A program made the position numbers and the translations under genes. The notes beneath the pieces are model-generated. The model worked only from the letters and a program-made list of their open reading frames with translations, had not been told where the DNA came from and ran no database searches. Below are positions 62,810 through 64,000 of a stretch of DNA of 64,000 nucleotides, one piece after another (the first letter of the stretch is position 1; every line of letters starts with the position of its first letter). This DNA comes from Monocercomonoides exilis PA203 (Eukaryota > Protista > Preaxostyla). The stretch lies in assembly GCA_001643675.2 (NCBI GenBank), contig LSRY02000049.1, forward strand, positions 1 through 64,000, written 5' to 3'.

Positions 62810-64000
62810 CAAGCCTTTGCTTTTGGGTGTCGATCGTGCTCAAACGCCTCATTCCTCCTCAACGGTCTGCACTTTCGCTCCGTATGCAGTCTCGCGCAGC
62901 AACACGCATTTGCGCGCGTCGATGCCGAATATAACCGAAACAGCATGTGGATGAGCCCGGCAATGGGAACAAAAACGAAAGAGAGCGGGCGCTTTTCGTC
63001 GAGTGTCAAGGAATGCCTTTAAAGACGCATCTTCTTCGCTACAATGTTTGGTGTGCGTGCGTCCTGCATGTTTCTTCCATCAAGCGCGATGGAAAAGACA
63101 GTTTCAATTGTCATTTTTAAATTGAATATTACTGCTGAATTGAAAGCACCAATTGGCAATGTTTGGGGGAACTCGTTCACGTTTTCAGAAAAGCCATTGG
63201 TGTTGATTGGCCTCGCTGATTCATGTGCGTTTTCGGGCTGGACAAGGCGGCAACCTCTGCAAAACACCAAAACATCAGAAACAGCTGGCGCCGCAGTCTC
63301 TGGTGAAGAAATGGCGTGATTGATGGGATTGCATGATGGAAAAGAAGCAGGACTTTCTCTTGTGAAGGATATTGTTGTTGCTGTCACACTTTTGAAGCGA
63401 AAACAGAATTCTTTTGTGATTTTTGCTTTGCTTTGCTTTTCTTGGCTTCGGGTGCAATTGCTTTCATTTTGTTTCTGTCTTTGTGTTTGTGTTTATATTC
63501 ATTTTGCTTTAATTTTTTAAATTTTTTTTCAAAGGAAAAATGAGAGTTGGGCGTGCAAGAGGAGTTGCAGAAATGGGGGAGCAAAAAGGCTTTGCAAAGA
63601 AAACGAAAACCTCTCTGCAAAAAGGCTGTCAGCTGAAGGCAGCAGGCTGCACTGCGCTTTCTGCTCTTTTTTTTCCACTTTTTTTTTCAAAGCACAAACA
63701 TGTTCCATTGCTGAAACCCCTCTGTTTCAAAGAACAAAAGCATCTTTCAAAAAAAAGAATTTTTTTAAAAAAAGAAAATTCTCTGAGTCTGTCTGCAGCA
63801 GAGTTCCTCACGGCTCTTCATTGTGCACCCAGAAAAAAATAGCCATCGATTTTGCAATGCTCTCTTCATTGAGCATCGTCGTGGCTCAATAATTTGATGG
63901 CTTCTCCTGCAGACGCTCTGCTCGCAGAAACAAATAAAAAATGCTCCGCAATGCCACTTTGCACATCGCTCCTCCATTGTGTTCAACTTCGTCAAGAACA

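Larger units (their letters stand above)
44035..64000 (-). repeat. Right arm of the giant inverted duplication (runs off the window edge)
   Basis: Reverse complement of 4271-24230 with scattered substitutions and indels; the ORF track is mirrored. Confidence 0.97.

Overview
Eukaryotic, intron-containing genomic DNA read in the standard genetic code. The giant beta-helix/TM/pseudokinase gene family and the GTTTG splice donors suggest an oxymonad protist such as Monocercomonoides (inference). The window is dominated by a giant inverted duplication. The left arm (~4271-24230) and right arm (~44035-64000, cut by the window edge) each carry a GH31 alpha-glucosidase, a ~12-kb gene for a ~4,000-aa receptor-like protein (signal peptide, GGA/Cys-rich beta-helix-like ectodomain, TM, pseudokinase) and a decayed pogo-like DDE transposase at the inner end. 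The arms are nearly identical except for sharply bounded divergent patches in the TM/juxtamembrane/pseudokinase part of the giant gene, which suggests mosaic gene conversion. The ~20-kb AT-rich spacer begins with a nest of palindromic MITEs and a Merlin/IS1595-type transposase relic. It then holds four single-copy spliced genes in two head-to-head pairs. Pair 1 is an Fe/Mn superoxide dismutase with a signal-peptide-like N-terminus and a C2-domain/coiled-coil protein with a candidate 1-nt exon. Pair 2 is an S/T-P-rich coiled-coil protein and a PHD + TFIIS-M (Bye1/PHF3/DIDO-like) protein. Left of 4271 lie a partial ARM-like gene and a rolling-stone/FAR-17a-like membrane protein gene. All gene models and alignments were read by eye; none was run computationally.
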